A stretch of DNA of 64,000 nucleotides from Limnochordia bacterium (lineage in GTDB: Bacteria; Bacillota; Limnochordia; DTU080), in contig JBMNJG010000004.1 of the NCBI GenBank assembly GCA_050951545.1, forward strand, positions 286,117-350,116, in the 5' to 3' direction. The position numbers and the translations under genes are program-made. A model generated the notes under the pieces. It ran no database searches and was not told where the DNA came from. It saw only the letters and a program-made list of their open reading frames with translations. Below are positions 1 to 9,124 of the stretch, piece by piece (position 1 is the stretch's first letter; each line of letters starts with the position of its first letter).

Positions 1-1
1 G

Positions 2-496
2 CAGGATGAGCTCCACCGCGCTACGCACCTCGGAGAGGCTCTCATGCAGGCTATCTTCTTGGCGCTTGTCGATTGCCTTGACTTCGACGACGGAATGCGC
101 CCAGGTTTCATGAGGAACCCAGCAACTGGCAAGCGTCTGGAGGTCGATCTCTTCTACTACTTGCACAATACGGCCATGGAGTTCAATGGGGCGCAACACT
201 ACCGCGTCACGGAGCGGAATTCGGCTGAGCAGGTCCATAAGCAGCAATGCCGTGACCAGACCAAACAGCAGATCTGCGCTAAGAAGAAGATCAAGCTGAT
301 CGTGATTCAGGCTCACGAGCTGTCCTGCAAGATCATCAAGCGCAAGATTCGCAGGCGGCTGCCATTCCGGCGCGGTCAGGACTTCAACCGGAGGCTCATC
401 AACTATCTCGAGTGTAGATGCGGTGAGTACCAGCAAAGAATAGATGAACGTGGCTGGGGAACCGCCAGCCAATCTGAGAGAAAGCAAGACGAGTAG
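2..496 (+). CDS. PD-(D/E)XK / Vsr-DUF559-like nuclease-domain protein, probably 5'-truncated by the window edge
   Basis: Frame open from base 2 to ATG at 44; motif NPATGKRLEVDLFY..AMEFNGAQHY...RDQTKQQIC..KKIKLIVI fits restriction-endonuclease-like folds. Confidence 0.6.
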   Translation, partial: QDELHRATHLGEALMQAIFLALVDCLDFDDGMRPGFMRNPATGKRLEVDLFYYLHNTAMEFNGAQHYRVTERNSAEQVHKQQCRDQTKQQICAKKKIKLIVIQAHELSCKIIKRKIRRRLPFRRGQDFNRRLINYLECRCGEYQQRIDERGWGTASQSERKQDE

Positions 497-842
497 TCAC
501 CTTGGGTCACCTTGTCCGTTTCGTCAGGGCTCGCATCAGCCGTGCAGCCAATGCTAGTGCGCGTCCACCTGCTGCCGCTGGGGGGCCAGGCAAACACGCC
601 CTACACACTGGTGTTTGGGTGTATCAGACGGCACCGTGACATGACCAGCAGTTGACCGCCATTTCACGTGTGCACCCACACAATGAGATCTTTGGTCATC
701 GAGAGGAATATGCGATGCGGTGGCCAAACACCGTTGGAAAGGCCATGACGCCATAGGATAGGAATCTTTGCTCCTCTGACTGAGGGTCAATTCGCTTCCC
801 GCGAGGTACTCTATGGTCTGGTAGATACAACAGAGGGAGACG

Positions 843-2141
843 TTGCTTGTGGACGTAAAGAGGCTGGTGATGGGTCAGGAAGTACTAGAGCGCACATTGC
901 CTTCAGGACTGACTGTGGTTCTGCTTCACAAACCTGGTTATGCGCAGAGATTTGCCGCCTTGGCTACGAATTACGGCGGCATGGATTCGGCTTTCGTGGT
1001 ACCGGGGCAATCGCAGCCGACAGAGGTACCTGACGGTATTGCTCACTTCCTGGAGCATAAGCTGTTTGAGGAACCCGACGGAGTCGATATTTCACAGCGC
1101 TTCTCGCAGATGGGCATGAGCACAAATGCCTACACAGGCTCATACTACACGGTATATCACTTCACTACGGTAGATCACTTCGATGAGGGGCTTGATCTGC
1201 TGCTGCATTTCGTTCAGAATCCATATTTCACCGATGAAAGCGTGGCCAAAGAGCAAGGGATCATTGAGCAAGAGATCCAGATGGGGCTCGATAGCCCGTC
1301 ACGGATGGTCTACTACAATTTCATGGAGTCCATGTTCCATGTGCACCCTGCTAGAATCCGCACCATCGGTTCGGTGGAGTCCGTTGCGCGCATCAACAAA
1401 GAGCTACTTCACAGATGCTATGACACATTTTACCATCCGAGCAACATGATGCTCATAGTGGCTGGCGAGCTGGATTTTGCCAAAGTGCTCTCGCAAGTAG
1501 AAAAGGATCTGGCCACAAGAGGTTATACGACACGAGAGCCAATTACCCGCGTGACACCTACGGAGCCAGATCGCGTAGTGCACCCAGAAACCAGAATCGA
1601 GCTCAAGGTATCTCGCCCCCGGGTGATGATGGGCTTCAAGGGGAGCTTGCCAGCGGATGGTCGTCACTATCACCGACAGCTTATCGCCGCCGATCTCGCC
1701 TTGAGTGCGGTCTTGGGAAAACTGAATCCGAGTTACTGGCAGCTGTACGAGAAGGGCGTCATCACAGAGGGTTTCCGCTTTGGCTACTCCGCGTATCGGG
1801 GGATTGGTTACGTGTGGATTGACGGTGAGTCAGAAGACGCCGACTCTTTCGTGGCTGAGGTAACAAAGACTTTGCAGCGAGCAAGCAAAGAAGGCTTACG
1901 AGCCGAATTATTCGAAGCTGCTCGTCGCCAAGAGATCGGTTCTTTTCTGGCGATGCTGGACGATCCGGAGCAGTTGGCTGGCACTTTTATCACTCATCGT
2001 TTCAACGGATTGGACCTCATGGATATGAGGGGGTTGCTAGACGAGGTGAGCCTTGAGGATGGCCAGGCTTGCTTGGAACAGCTCATAAGGGAAGACAATC
2101 GCGTGGTATCTATTGTGGAACCACTGAAGGGAGGGCACTGA
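843..2141 (+). CDS. ymfH: M16 family zinc peptidase, YmfH-like
   Basis: VPDGIAHFLEHKLFE (HxxEH), NAYT, KEQGIIEQEI, FYHPSNM motifs. Confidence 0.9.
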   Translation: MLVDVKRLVMGQEVLERTLPSGLTVVLLHKPGYAQRFAALATNYGGMDSAFVVPGQSQPTEVPDGIAHFLEHKLFEEPDGVDISQRFSQMGMSTNAYTGSYYTVYHFTTVDHFDEGLDLLLHFVQNPYFTDESVAKEQGIIEQEIQMGLDSPSRMVYYNFMESMFHVHPARIRTIGSVESVARINKELLHRCYDTFYHPSNMMLIVAGELDFAKVLSQVEKDLATRGYTTREPITRVTPTEPDRVVHPETRIELKVSRPRVMMGFKGSLPADGRHYHRQLIAADLALSAVLGKLNPSYWQLYEKGVITEGFRFGYSAYRGIGYVWIDGESEDADSFVAEVTKTLQRASKEGLRAELFEAARRQEIGSFLAMLDDPEQLAGTFITHRFNGLDLMDMRGLLDEVSLEDGQACLEQLIREDNRVVSIVEPLKGGH

Positions 2142-2142
2142 G

Positions 2143-3423
2143 ATGAGTGTGACACAAGGGTTCTTGCAGATACCGCTAGGTCCGGGGATTCGACTTTTCG
2201 TGCACACTGTGCCTACCTTCAAGCGTACAAGCGCAGCGGTCTTTCTCCACAACTTGCTTTCGCCGCAGGATGTAGCCAAAGTAGGGATCCTACCGCGGGT
2301 ACAGCGTCGTGGAAATACCCTGTGGCCTACTGCCTTGGCCTTGGAACGAGAACTCGCCTCGTTATATGGCGCTCACCTGGGTACGGGGGTGCAAAAGCGT
2401 GGGGATCGTCAGATTTCGTGGTTCTTGCTCAATCTTCCTGGTGATCGCTACGTAGATACGCCTATCTTGAGCCGGGGATTGCGATTACTGCGAGAGGTGA
2501 TCCTGTCTCCCGTCATAGAGAACGGAGGCTTGGCCCGCGAGTACGTTGAACAGGAGAGACAACTGCAGGTGGGGCGGATTCGCTCCCTCATCAACGTTAA
2601 GTCTAGCTGGGCGGTATTCCGCTGCATTGAGGAGATGTATCGCGATGAACCGTTCCGGCTCTTTGAGTTCGGTACGGAAGAGCAAGTGCGTGCATTGACG
2701 CCGGAGGGGCTTCTGCGCACCCATGCGAGGCAAACTCGTGAGGCACCTATCGACATCTACGTTGTGGGTGATGTGGACCTCGATGCACTGAAAAGAGTAG
2801 TGGGTGGGTTCTCCTTGCCCACGAGAACTCCTCGAGAGTTGCCCAAGACTGCAGTGCTTTCGGGACGGGAAGAGGTGCACACGGTCATTGACGAGGAAGT
2901 GATGGGGCAGGGATGGTTGGTGCTCGGCTTCCGTACAGACATTGCCTACTCGGACAATGAGCGCTATGCTATGCACTTCCTCAATGGCGTGTTGGGTGGT
3001 TTTGTGCACTCAAAACTGTTTCTCAATGTGCGGGAGAAGGCCAGTTTGGCCTACCAAGCGAGTTCCGGCTACAACGCTAACAAAGGGTACGTGCTTGCTT
3101 TGGCTGGGATCGATCCGAACAAGTATGATCAGGCGCTGGAGATCATGATCAGGCAGGTGGATGCGATCCGCCAAGGGGATATCTCCGATGAAGAGATGAA
3201 TGCTACGCGCAGTAGACTAGTCGCGCGGGCGTTATTGACACGGGACGACCCCTTGGCACAGATGATGACGCACCTGAGTGGATCAATGGAAGGCGTCGAA
3301 GAGACAGCCGATGAGTTCGTAGGTCGTCTGCAGCGTGTGACCAAAAAAGAGATTGTCGATGTAGCTGAACGGGTCCGCCTTGATACTATCTACTTCCTGA
3401 AGGGTGTGGCCCAACAGCCTTAG
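2143..3423 (+). CDS. ymfF: M16 family non-catalytic partner subunit, YmfF-like
   Basis: GGFVHSKLFLNVREKASLAY and C-terminal LDTIYFL; no HxxEH; coupled to ymfH. Confidence 0.85.
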   Translation: MSVTQGFLQIPLGPGIRLFVHTVPTFKRTSAAVFLHNLLSPQDVAKVGILPRVQRRGNTLWPTALALERELASLYGAHLGTGVQKRGDRQISWFLLNLPGDRYVDTPILSRGLRLLREVILSPVIENGGLAREYVEQERQLQVGRIRSLINVKSSWAVFRCIEEMYRDEPFRLFEFGTEEQVRALTPEGLLRTHARQTREAPIDIYVVGDVDLDALKRVVGGFSLPTRTPRELPKTAVLSGREEVHTVIDEEVMGQGWLVLGFRTDIAYSDNERYAMHFLNGVLGGFVHSKLFLNVREKASLAYQASSGYNANKGYVLALAGIDPNKYDQALEIMIRQVDAIRQGDISDEEMNATRSRLVARALLTRDDPLAQMMTHLSGSMEGVEETADEFVGRLQRVTKKEIVDVAERVRLDTIYFLKGVAQQP

Positions 3424-3428
3424 CATAT

Positions 3429-4475
3429 TCATAGCTGCTCGCGTTCCCACATAGAGCGAACCAGCTCTCGCCGGGAGAGGGGGAGTTGGCTCGCTCTTTG
3501 CAATGCGCGCACGCCAAAGCGATTTTGCACGGATCGCACAATGCCAGCCAGCTCCTCGTTGTTGGCACCTGCGTTGGCGTCGAATATGGAGGATTGCTCT
3601 AGGCGGGGGAGTTCAAGATTCTCGCCGTAGAGCCTGAGTTCCAGTACGGGTGCTGTAATGGATGCCGAGGCCCACAGGCGGCGGGCAGCCCCCAACAGGG
3701 CGTCTCGGCGAAATGCAGGTTGTCGCAGAAGACAAGATGGCTGCAAAAAGCCTTCTCGCCATGTGATCTCGAGTCGCATCCGGCGAGCGGCTATACCCCG
3801 CTGCTCCAAAGTGACAGCCAATTCCGTACTCAGACAAAGCAGTACCTGGTCGACTGCTTGGGTATTCAGGACGCCCGAGCTGTCTGGTGCTACTCGAAAC
3901 GAGGCCACAACTCGGTGCGGGGGGTACAATGAGCGAATAGTTCGAGGGTCTTCTCCTGTTGCCAAGCGGCGCAGAAGAGGTCCTTTTCTTGTGCCAAATT
4001 GAGCGGTGAGTTCCTTTGCAGGTACGCAAGCCAGTTCATCAAAGGTGTAGACGCCCAGATCCCTGAGGCGCTCTATCAAGTCTCCGGCATCTGCCGTCTC
4101 ACTTTCTGTCAGGTAACTGACGGACAAAGGAGCCAGAAACTCTCTTTCGCGGCCGCTGGCAATGACGAGAGGGCGAAGCGAAGAGTCTACTGCGGAAGAC
4201 GATAGGCGTAGCAAATATGCAACGGCACAGCGAGCCACCCACCTTGTAGAAGCTACACCTATCCAAACAGGGTTCTGGCAGGCAGCGACCGCTTCAGCTT
4301 GGAGCAAAGGAAGATTGGGGGAGCGGCTACCTGAAAGATCGACAAGGAGGCCATGAGGAGGGGTAGGTTCTAGTGTAGGCGAGAAATGCATACACACTTC
4401 ACAGACCCGATGCAGTGCATCTGGCTCTGCAAGCGGTATATGAAGCGCAGCTAAGCGCATATTTGTTTTGGACAC
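3429..4475 (-). CDS. Inactive Y-family DNA polymerase (ImuB-like)
   Basis: FSPTLEP..LLVDLSG, IGVA, L..LGVYTFDELA, and C-terminal VQNRFG..ALQRAS; catalytic acidic residues absent; GTG at 4475 follows SD AGGAGG. Confidence 0.75.
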   Translation of the reverse strand: MSKTNMRLAALHIPLAEPDALHRVCEVCMHFSPTLEPTPPHGLLVDLSGSRSPNLPLLQAEAVAACQNPVWIGVASTRWVARCAVAYLLRLSSSAVDSSLRPLVIASGREREFLAPLSVSYLTESETADAGDLIERLRDLGVYTFDELACVPAKELTAQFGTRKGPLLRRLATGEDPRTIRSLYPPHRVVASFRVAPDSSGVLNTQAVDQVLLCLSTELAVTLEQRGIAARRMRLEITWREGFLQPSCLLRQPAFRRDALLGAARRLWASASITAPVLELRLYGENLELPRLEQSSIFDANAGANNEELAGIVRSVQNRFGVRALQRASQLPLSRRELVRSMWEREQL

Positions 4476-4498
4476 CCGGACCCCTCCTGTCAATTGGA

Positions 4499-4512
4499 GG
4501 AACGTACGTTCC
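4499..4512. promoter_or_regulatory. LexA (Cheo/SOS) box GGAACGTACGTTCC
   Basis: Perfect palindrome matching GAAC-N4-GTTC, between the -10 TACAAT (4523-4518) and the SD of the imuB-like gene; -35 TTGCAT at 4547-4542. Confidence 0.85.
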
Positions 4513-4552
4513 CTTATATTGTACGCCGAGTGCCCCTCATTATGCAAGGAGG

Positions 4553-5311
4553 CTAGACATCCACTACGAGCCCGTCATAAGCTGGCCAGATACCAGCAGG
4601 TAGCGAGGTGACCAGCTCTGCGTGATCCACTTCGTGACACAAATGTGTAAGATACGCCCGCGCAGGTCGTAGCGTTTCAATGACTCGAATGGCTTCGCCA
4701 ATGCTGAGATGTGTGCGATGAGGTGTATACCGCAGCGCGTCTAGCACCAGCACATCGAGATTCCGTAAGGAGGCCATAGTCTGATCAGGTATCATGCTGC
4801 AGTCGGTTACGTAGGCAAAGTCGCCGATGCGAAAACCCGTGACTGGCGCTGCACCGTGATACACTGTCAGCGGCTCGATAATCTGACCAAAGAGAGAAAA
4901 CGGGCCATTGATAACATGCGGCACTGCTCGAGGGATGGCCCAGTCGTTGCGACCGAGGTCAAAGATGTAGCCAAACAGGCATTGTAGGGTGTCGAGCGTC
5001 TCCTGATTCGCATACACAGGGATAGCTTGACGCTGTACCTGGCAAAAACGACGGATATCGTCGAAACCGAAAACGTGATCAGCGTGAGCGTGACTGAACA
5101 GCACTGCGTCAAGGCGTTTCAGCCCATAGCGCAAGGCCTGCACACGAAACTCGGGTGCTGTATCAATCACCACATGGTGGCCTGCGAATTCCAGCCAGAC
5201 GCTTGGACGTAGCCTCTTATTCTCTGGTAACGGTGAACAGCATACGGAACAGTCACAACCAATCACAGGAACGCCATGCGATGTGCCTGTCCCTAGAAAT
5301 GTGACGCGCAT
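4553..5311 (-). CDS. PhnP-like metallo-beta-lactamase-fold phosphodiesterase
   Basis: MRVTFLGTGTSHGVPVIGCDC..C, HAHADH, AYDGL. Confidence 0.9.
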   Translation of the reverse strand: MRVTFLGTGTSHGVPVIGCDCSVCCSPLPENKRLRPSVWLEFAGHHVVIDTAPEFRVQALRYGLKRLDAVLFSHAHADHVFGFDDIRRFCQVQRQAIPVYANQETLDTLQCLFGYIFDLGRNDWAIPRAVPHVINGPFSLFGQIIEPLTVYHGAAPVTGFRIGDFAYVTDCSMIPDQTMASLRNLDVLVLDALRYTPHRTHLSIGEAIRVIETLRPARAYLTHLCHEVDHAELVTSLPAGIWPAYDGLVVDV

Positions 5312-5416
5312 ACGCTGCCTCCCACCTCTGCGCTTCCTCTTTGAACAGCACTTCTCCAGGCATGCGACTCCCTCCTGGCCCATATATTCTAATGAACCAT
5401 CAGCGGGGGGAGAAAG

Positions 5417-6019
5417 ATGAAACTGAAAGAATCAGCCATTCTCCACTTTAGCCGTACTCCTTTGAAGCACCCCATGAGCAAGTATCTATTGCAGTTCATA
5501 TTGGATGCACCTGAGCTTCTCAAGCGGATCACGTTTGTGCGCAATCGGGAGCATCTGCCCAATACCATGCTTGTCTCCGAGTTGGGAAGCCCTCGCGTCG
5601 GTTTTGAGCTCGAACTGGGAGTTCGCCAGCGCGAAGAGGTGAGCATCATCAATGGCGAGTTAGTACGCCAGACGCGCCGTGACCGTAACCTATGCATTAA
5701 CGAGCCCATGGAGGCCATCGCACCCTTGCGTGTCTTTCGAGGTCATCTGTATGTCACCTTCTCGTTCTGTGGTCCCATGCCGCCATGGTATCTGAATGTG
5801 TTGGAGTCGCCTCCGGCCTCACTCAACGACCCGCACCAGCTGACAAGCGTGGATAGAGTGCTACGCGAAATCCTTCGGGATCAGCTTGATCTGGCAATTC
5901 AGGCCATCTTGATCAGGGCGGCCATTGATCAGGCTCTGGCCAATCGAGACCTCGAGTCGTTTCGACAGAATGCCAGGATCTATCGGGAGGTCATGAATCG
6001 CTGCCTTTGGGGCCTGTAG
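5417..6019 (+). CDS. YpiB/UPF0302 (ReoY-like) protein with C-terminal IDEAL motif
   Basis: YLLQFI...LKRITFV N-terminus and C-terminal IDQAL..RD.E.F. Confidence 0.65.
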   Translation: MKLKESAILHFSRTPLKHPMSKYLLQFILDAPELLKRITFVRNREHLPNTMLVSELGSPRVGFELELGVRQREEVSIINGELVRQTRRDRNLCINEPMEAIAPLRVFRGHLYVTFSFCGPMPPWYLNVLESPPASLNDPHQLTSVDRVLREILRDQLDLAIQAILIRAAIDQALANRDLESFRQNARIYREVMNRCLWGL

Positions 6020-6117
6020 GAAACAAGCAGGAGACTTGGGCGCATAGAGGAAGTCTAGACTCAGTCGCCGCGCCCGCTCGAGTAGCGCGAGCAATATGCA
6101 GGGGGAGGCCGTCGCCC

Positions 6118-6687
6118 TTGCCTATCCATCCAACACTTCACAGCTCTACGCATAGCAAGCTGTATGAGTTTGTTCACACAATGGCAGGCGCAATACTACT
6201 TTCAGTGTTGGTCATGGCCTTTGTTGTCAGAGCTTTCACGGTCGACGGACCTTCAATGATGCCTACCCTGCAGTCGGGGGAGCGGCTTCTGGTAGACAGA
6301 ATAACCTACCGTCTGCGATCGCCGCAGCGAGGGGAAGTCGTGGTATTTCGCTTCCCGAGCGATCCAAGGCAGTTCTATATAAAAAGGGTGATTGGCGTCC
6401 CGGGCGATAGAATTGTGATCACCCATGGTCGGGTGTATGTCAACGGCGTAATCCTGGACGAGCCGTACACAGACACTTCCGTTCTTGGAGCCTTTGGGCC
6501 TTACACAGTACCTCAAGACCACCTCTTCATGCTAGGTGATAATCGCAACAACTCCGAAGACAGTCGCAATCAACGCGTCGGTTTCGTTGCCTATCGCATG
6601 GTGGTGGGTAGAGCACTGTGGCGCTACTGGCCGCTGACTCGTGCTGGTTCACTGGGAGATCCGAAGCTGGCTCGGGCCTCGTCGTGA
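6118..6687 (+). CDS. lepB: Signal peptidase I
   Basis: GPSMMPTL, YIKRVIG.PGD, GDNRNNSEDSR; TTG start after SD GGGAGG. Confidence 0.92.
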   Translation: MPIHPTLHSSTHSKLYEFVHTMAGAILLSVLVMAFVVRAFTVDGPSMMPTLQSGERLLVDRITYRLRSPQRGEVVVFRFPSDPRQFYIKRVIGVPGDRIVITHGRVYVNGVILDEPYTDTSVLGAFGPYTVPQDHLFMLGDNRNNSEDSRNQRVGFVAYRMVVGRALWRYWPLTRAGSLGDPKLARASS

Positions 6688-7848
6688 TCAGGGGTGAGGC
6701 TGATGGTCAGGGAAGGCCAAGTCCGTACCCGGATGGATGAGAGCGGGGTCGTGAATCTGGTTGGCGGCCGCTAAGCGGGGGTACTCTAGAGGATCGCCCA
6801 TAAGCGTTTTGCTGATCTCCCACAGCGTGTCGCCAGGCTTGACGCGATAGGTCATCCCAGAAGAGGCTGGGGCAGGTGACGGTTCAGCCCTCTCTACTGG
6901 TAACGTGACTGGTTGCGGGGCCAAGGCGTCCTGTCCGTCGGCATCCAGCTCATGTTGTTGTGCCTGCTGCAACTCTTCTTGCAGTTGGTGCAGTTCCTGC
7001 TGTCGTTGGGTACCCGAAAACCACAAGCGCGTAAGGCTCCAAGGAAGGCCAGGCCATAGCAGGAGAGTCAACAGCAACGCGATAACCAGTCCCCAGACAA
7101 GAGGTACTGCAGGACGGCGCTGCTCTCGCTCAGACCCTGTACTTGCTTCTTCGCCAATCAGCTGCCCCTCCTTTTCAGTTTCAGTCGGCTGTACGGTCGA
7201 CACAAAGGAGTGCCGTGTCTGGCTTTGCACGTTTCCCCCGAGCTGCCATGAGGAGCCATAGAAGGGGCCACGAATATCCAAGAGGGTGCTAAAGGGCTCC
7301 TTACGTGAGTCCCAGATGGCAAAACCTTCTAGAGGGAGCAGCTTCTTATCGCACCAGTGGTAGAAGCGCGAGACATTCTGCGCTGTGTCAACGGCAAGCG
7401 CGACTTGCCAAGGATGGCTAAAGAAACGATGCTGTGTGAAGCGATCGTAGCTACTAAGCTCAACCCCCTGGTTGGGATGGCTGAAGAACCAGCCTACGAC
7501 AAGGGTGTCCGGATAGTCGCGCTGCCAAAGAGTATGCATGTACTCCCAAGAACGCTCATTAAGACTGACAGCGCCTCCGACGATCTCGGCAAACCGAGCC
7601 TCTAGTGCACCGGAGACCAAAAGGAAGGGGCGTTCGCTTTGAGCAACATACCCGAGCAGAATGCCTCCAGCTTCTTTGTCTGGCTCGTTCATCAAGTGCC
7701 TGCCAATGAGGTCGGCGGCCTCCACAGACAGGAATACCCCTAGAGGTTCATCGTCCGGTGATCCTACGGGTTGTCCCAGATGCGGTTCGTGTCCGGGGGG
7801 GAGCTGACTCATTTCGGGGCCCCGGTGGTACCAGGTGCTGTCGGCCAT
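6688..7848 (-). CDS. JAB/MPN domain - TM helix - coiled coil - LysM protein
   Basis: EAGGILLG...VVGWFFSHP....LSSYD (JAB-like), hydrophobic VWGLVIALLLTLLLW, YRVKPGDTLWEIS (LysM). Confidence 0.8.
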   Translation of the reverse strand: MADSTWYHRGPEMSQLPPGHEPHLGQPVGSPDDEPLGVFLSVEAADLIGRHLMNEPDKEAGGILLGYVAQSERPFLLVSGALEARFAEIVGGAVSLNERSWEYMHTLWQRDYPDTLVVGWFFSHPNQGVELSSYDRFTQHRFFSHPWQVALAVDTAQNVSRFYHWCDKKLLPLEGFAIWDSRKEPFSTLLDIRGPFYGSSWQLGGNVQSQTRHSFVSTVQPTETEKEGQLIGEEASTGSEREQRRPAVPLVWGLVIALLLTLLLWPGLPWSLTRLWFSGTQRQQELHQLQEELQQAQQHELDADGQDALAPQPVTLPVERAEPSPAPASSGMTYRVKPGDTLWEISKTLMGDPLEYPRLAAANQIHDPALIHPGTDLAFPDHQPHP

Positions 7849-8010
7849 GGTATTTGCTCCTTCACGCCAAGTGTAGCCATTCGTGTGTGATATGGTCTTC
7901 CGCAGGGCCATGTCGTTTCCTCCCGCGAACGGTGAAGCGAATCAAGGAGAAAACGATGTGAGAGCGAATAGCTTCAGGCATGACTTGAGGCTGGAACTGG
8001 AGGAGAGTAT

Positions 8011-8667
8011 GTGGATTTCACCGCAGCGTCGACTCATTTGCAGCGTATTGCGCGCTCGGGCATCATTGCCGTGATGCGTGGCATGCAGGCGGATACGGTT
8101 ATTCAGGTAGCGCGAGCGCTTAGAGCGGGAGGCGTCGAGGCTCTAGAGGTTACGCTCGATGCACCAGGAGCTCTACGCATGATCGAAGAGGTTACGGCGA
8201 CTTTGGGGAACGAGGCTTTGGTTGGCGCAGGCACTGTATTGGATCCAGAGACCGCACGGGCGTCGATCCTGGCGGGAGCAGATTTCATCTTTACGCCTGC
8301 ATTGAATGTAGAGGTCATCGCCCTGGCGAATCGTTACGGCAAGGTCGTCATTCCCGGAGTGATGACACCCACGGAGATTGTTCAGGCTTGTTCGGCTGGT
8401 GCCCCCGCCGTAAAGATCTTTCCGGCTGGTGTATTGGGACCCGGCTACCTGCGTCAGGTACGTGGGCCGCTACCACAGGTTCCCATGATTCCGACAGGGG
8501 GCATCAGCTCCGAAAACGCTGCACAGTTTATTCAGGCAGGGGCTATGGCGGTGGGGGTGGGAGGAGCCTTGGTTGATCTGAAGGCGATCACCACTGGCCG
8601 CTTTGAGGTAATCACAGAGAACGCTAAGGCATTGGTCAGGGTCGTTCAAGAGGCTCGAGCCCGCTGA
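8011..8667 (+). CDS. eda: KDPG/KHG aldolase
   Basis: GIIAVMRG, EVT, VGAGTVLD, PGVMTPTE, VKIFPA, PTGGI. Confidence 0.92.
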   Translation: MDFTAASTHLQRIARSGIIAVMRGMQADTVIQVARALRAGGVEALEVTLDAPGALRMIEEVTATLGNEALVGAGTVLDPETARASILAGADFIFTPALNVEVIALANRYGKVVIPGVMTPTEIVQACSAGAPAVKIFPAGVLGPGYLRQVRGPLPQVPMIPTGGISSENAAQFIQAGAMAVGVGGALVDLKAITTGRFEVITENAKALVRVVQEARAR

Positions 8668-8769
8668 TGGCGCCAGCCAACGCATCGGTGCCTGAGCGAT
8701 CAACTAGCATGGCCTCTGTGGCAGGCTATCTGTTGGAGACGATAGGCCAATCCGCGCTTTTGGTGGTAA

Positions 8770-8991
8770 TCAGTCGTACTCCCCAGTTTCCAACATGTCG
8801 GGGTCGCTGAACACAAAGCGATAGGTGGCTACGAGTCGGCCATCGACGATGCGAAGCGACTGGACCACTCGGTCAGGCGGGTGCGGGAGTCGCAGTGTAT
8901 ACTCAAAGAGCTCGTTGTCGTCCTCTGGCAGGCCTTCAAAAGGATCTTCCCTGGATCCAAACCAGTCTTCCATGCGGTTGAACTTGCTCAA
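8770..8991 (-). CDS. Small acidic hypothetical protein (~73 aa)
   Basis: TTG at 8991 after SD GGGAGG; preceded by a perfect sigmaA promoter. Confidence 0.6.
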   Translation of the reverse strand: MSKFNRMEDWFGSREDPFEGLPEDDNELFEYTLRLPHPPDRVVQSLRIVDGRLVATYRFVFSDPDMLETGEYD

Positions 8992-9049
8992 CTCAAGCAC
9001 CTCCCGGGTACAGTGCATATGTTAGCAGCCTTTGCCAACAAACACATGG

Positions 9050-9078
9050 ATTATACAGTCACCTCTTGGGGTTGTCAA
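9050..9078 (-). promoter_or_regulatory. Consensus sigmaA promoter TTGACA-17-TATAAT
   Basis: Minus strand TTGACA 9078-9073 and TATAAT 9055-9050. Confidence 0.85.
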
Positions 9079-9124
9079 CAACCGTGGTTCGCGCGACCTG
9101 GAAATACGCTTAGCGGGGTGTGCT

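Noticed and set aside
497-842. ncRNA or short ORFs in the first intergenic region
   Set aside because: No recognisable riboswitch, tRNA or coding signature by eye.
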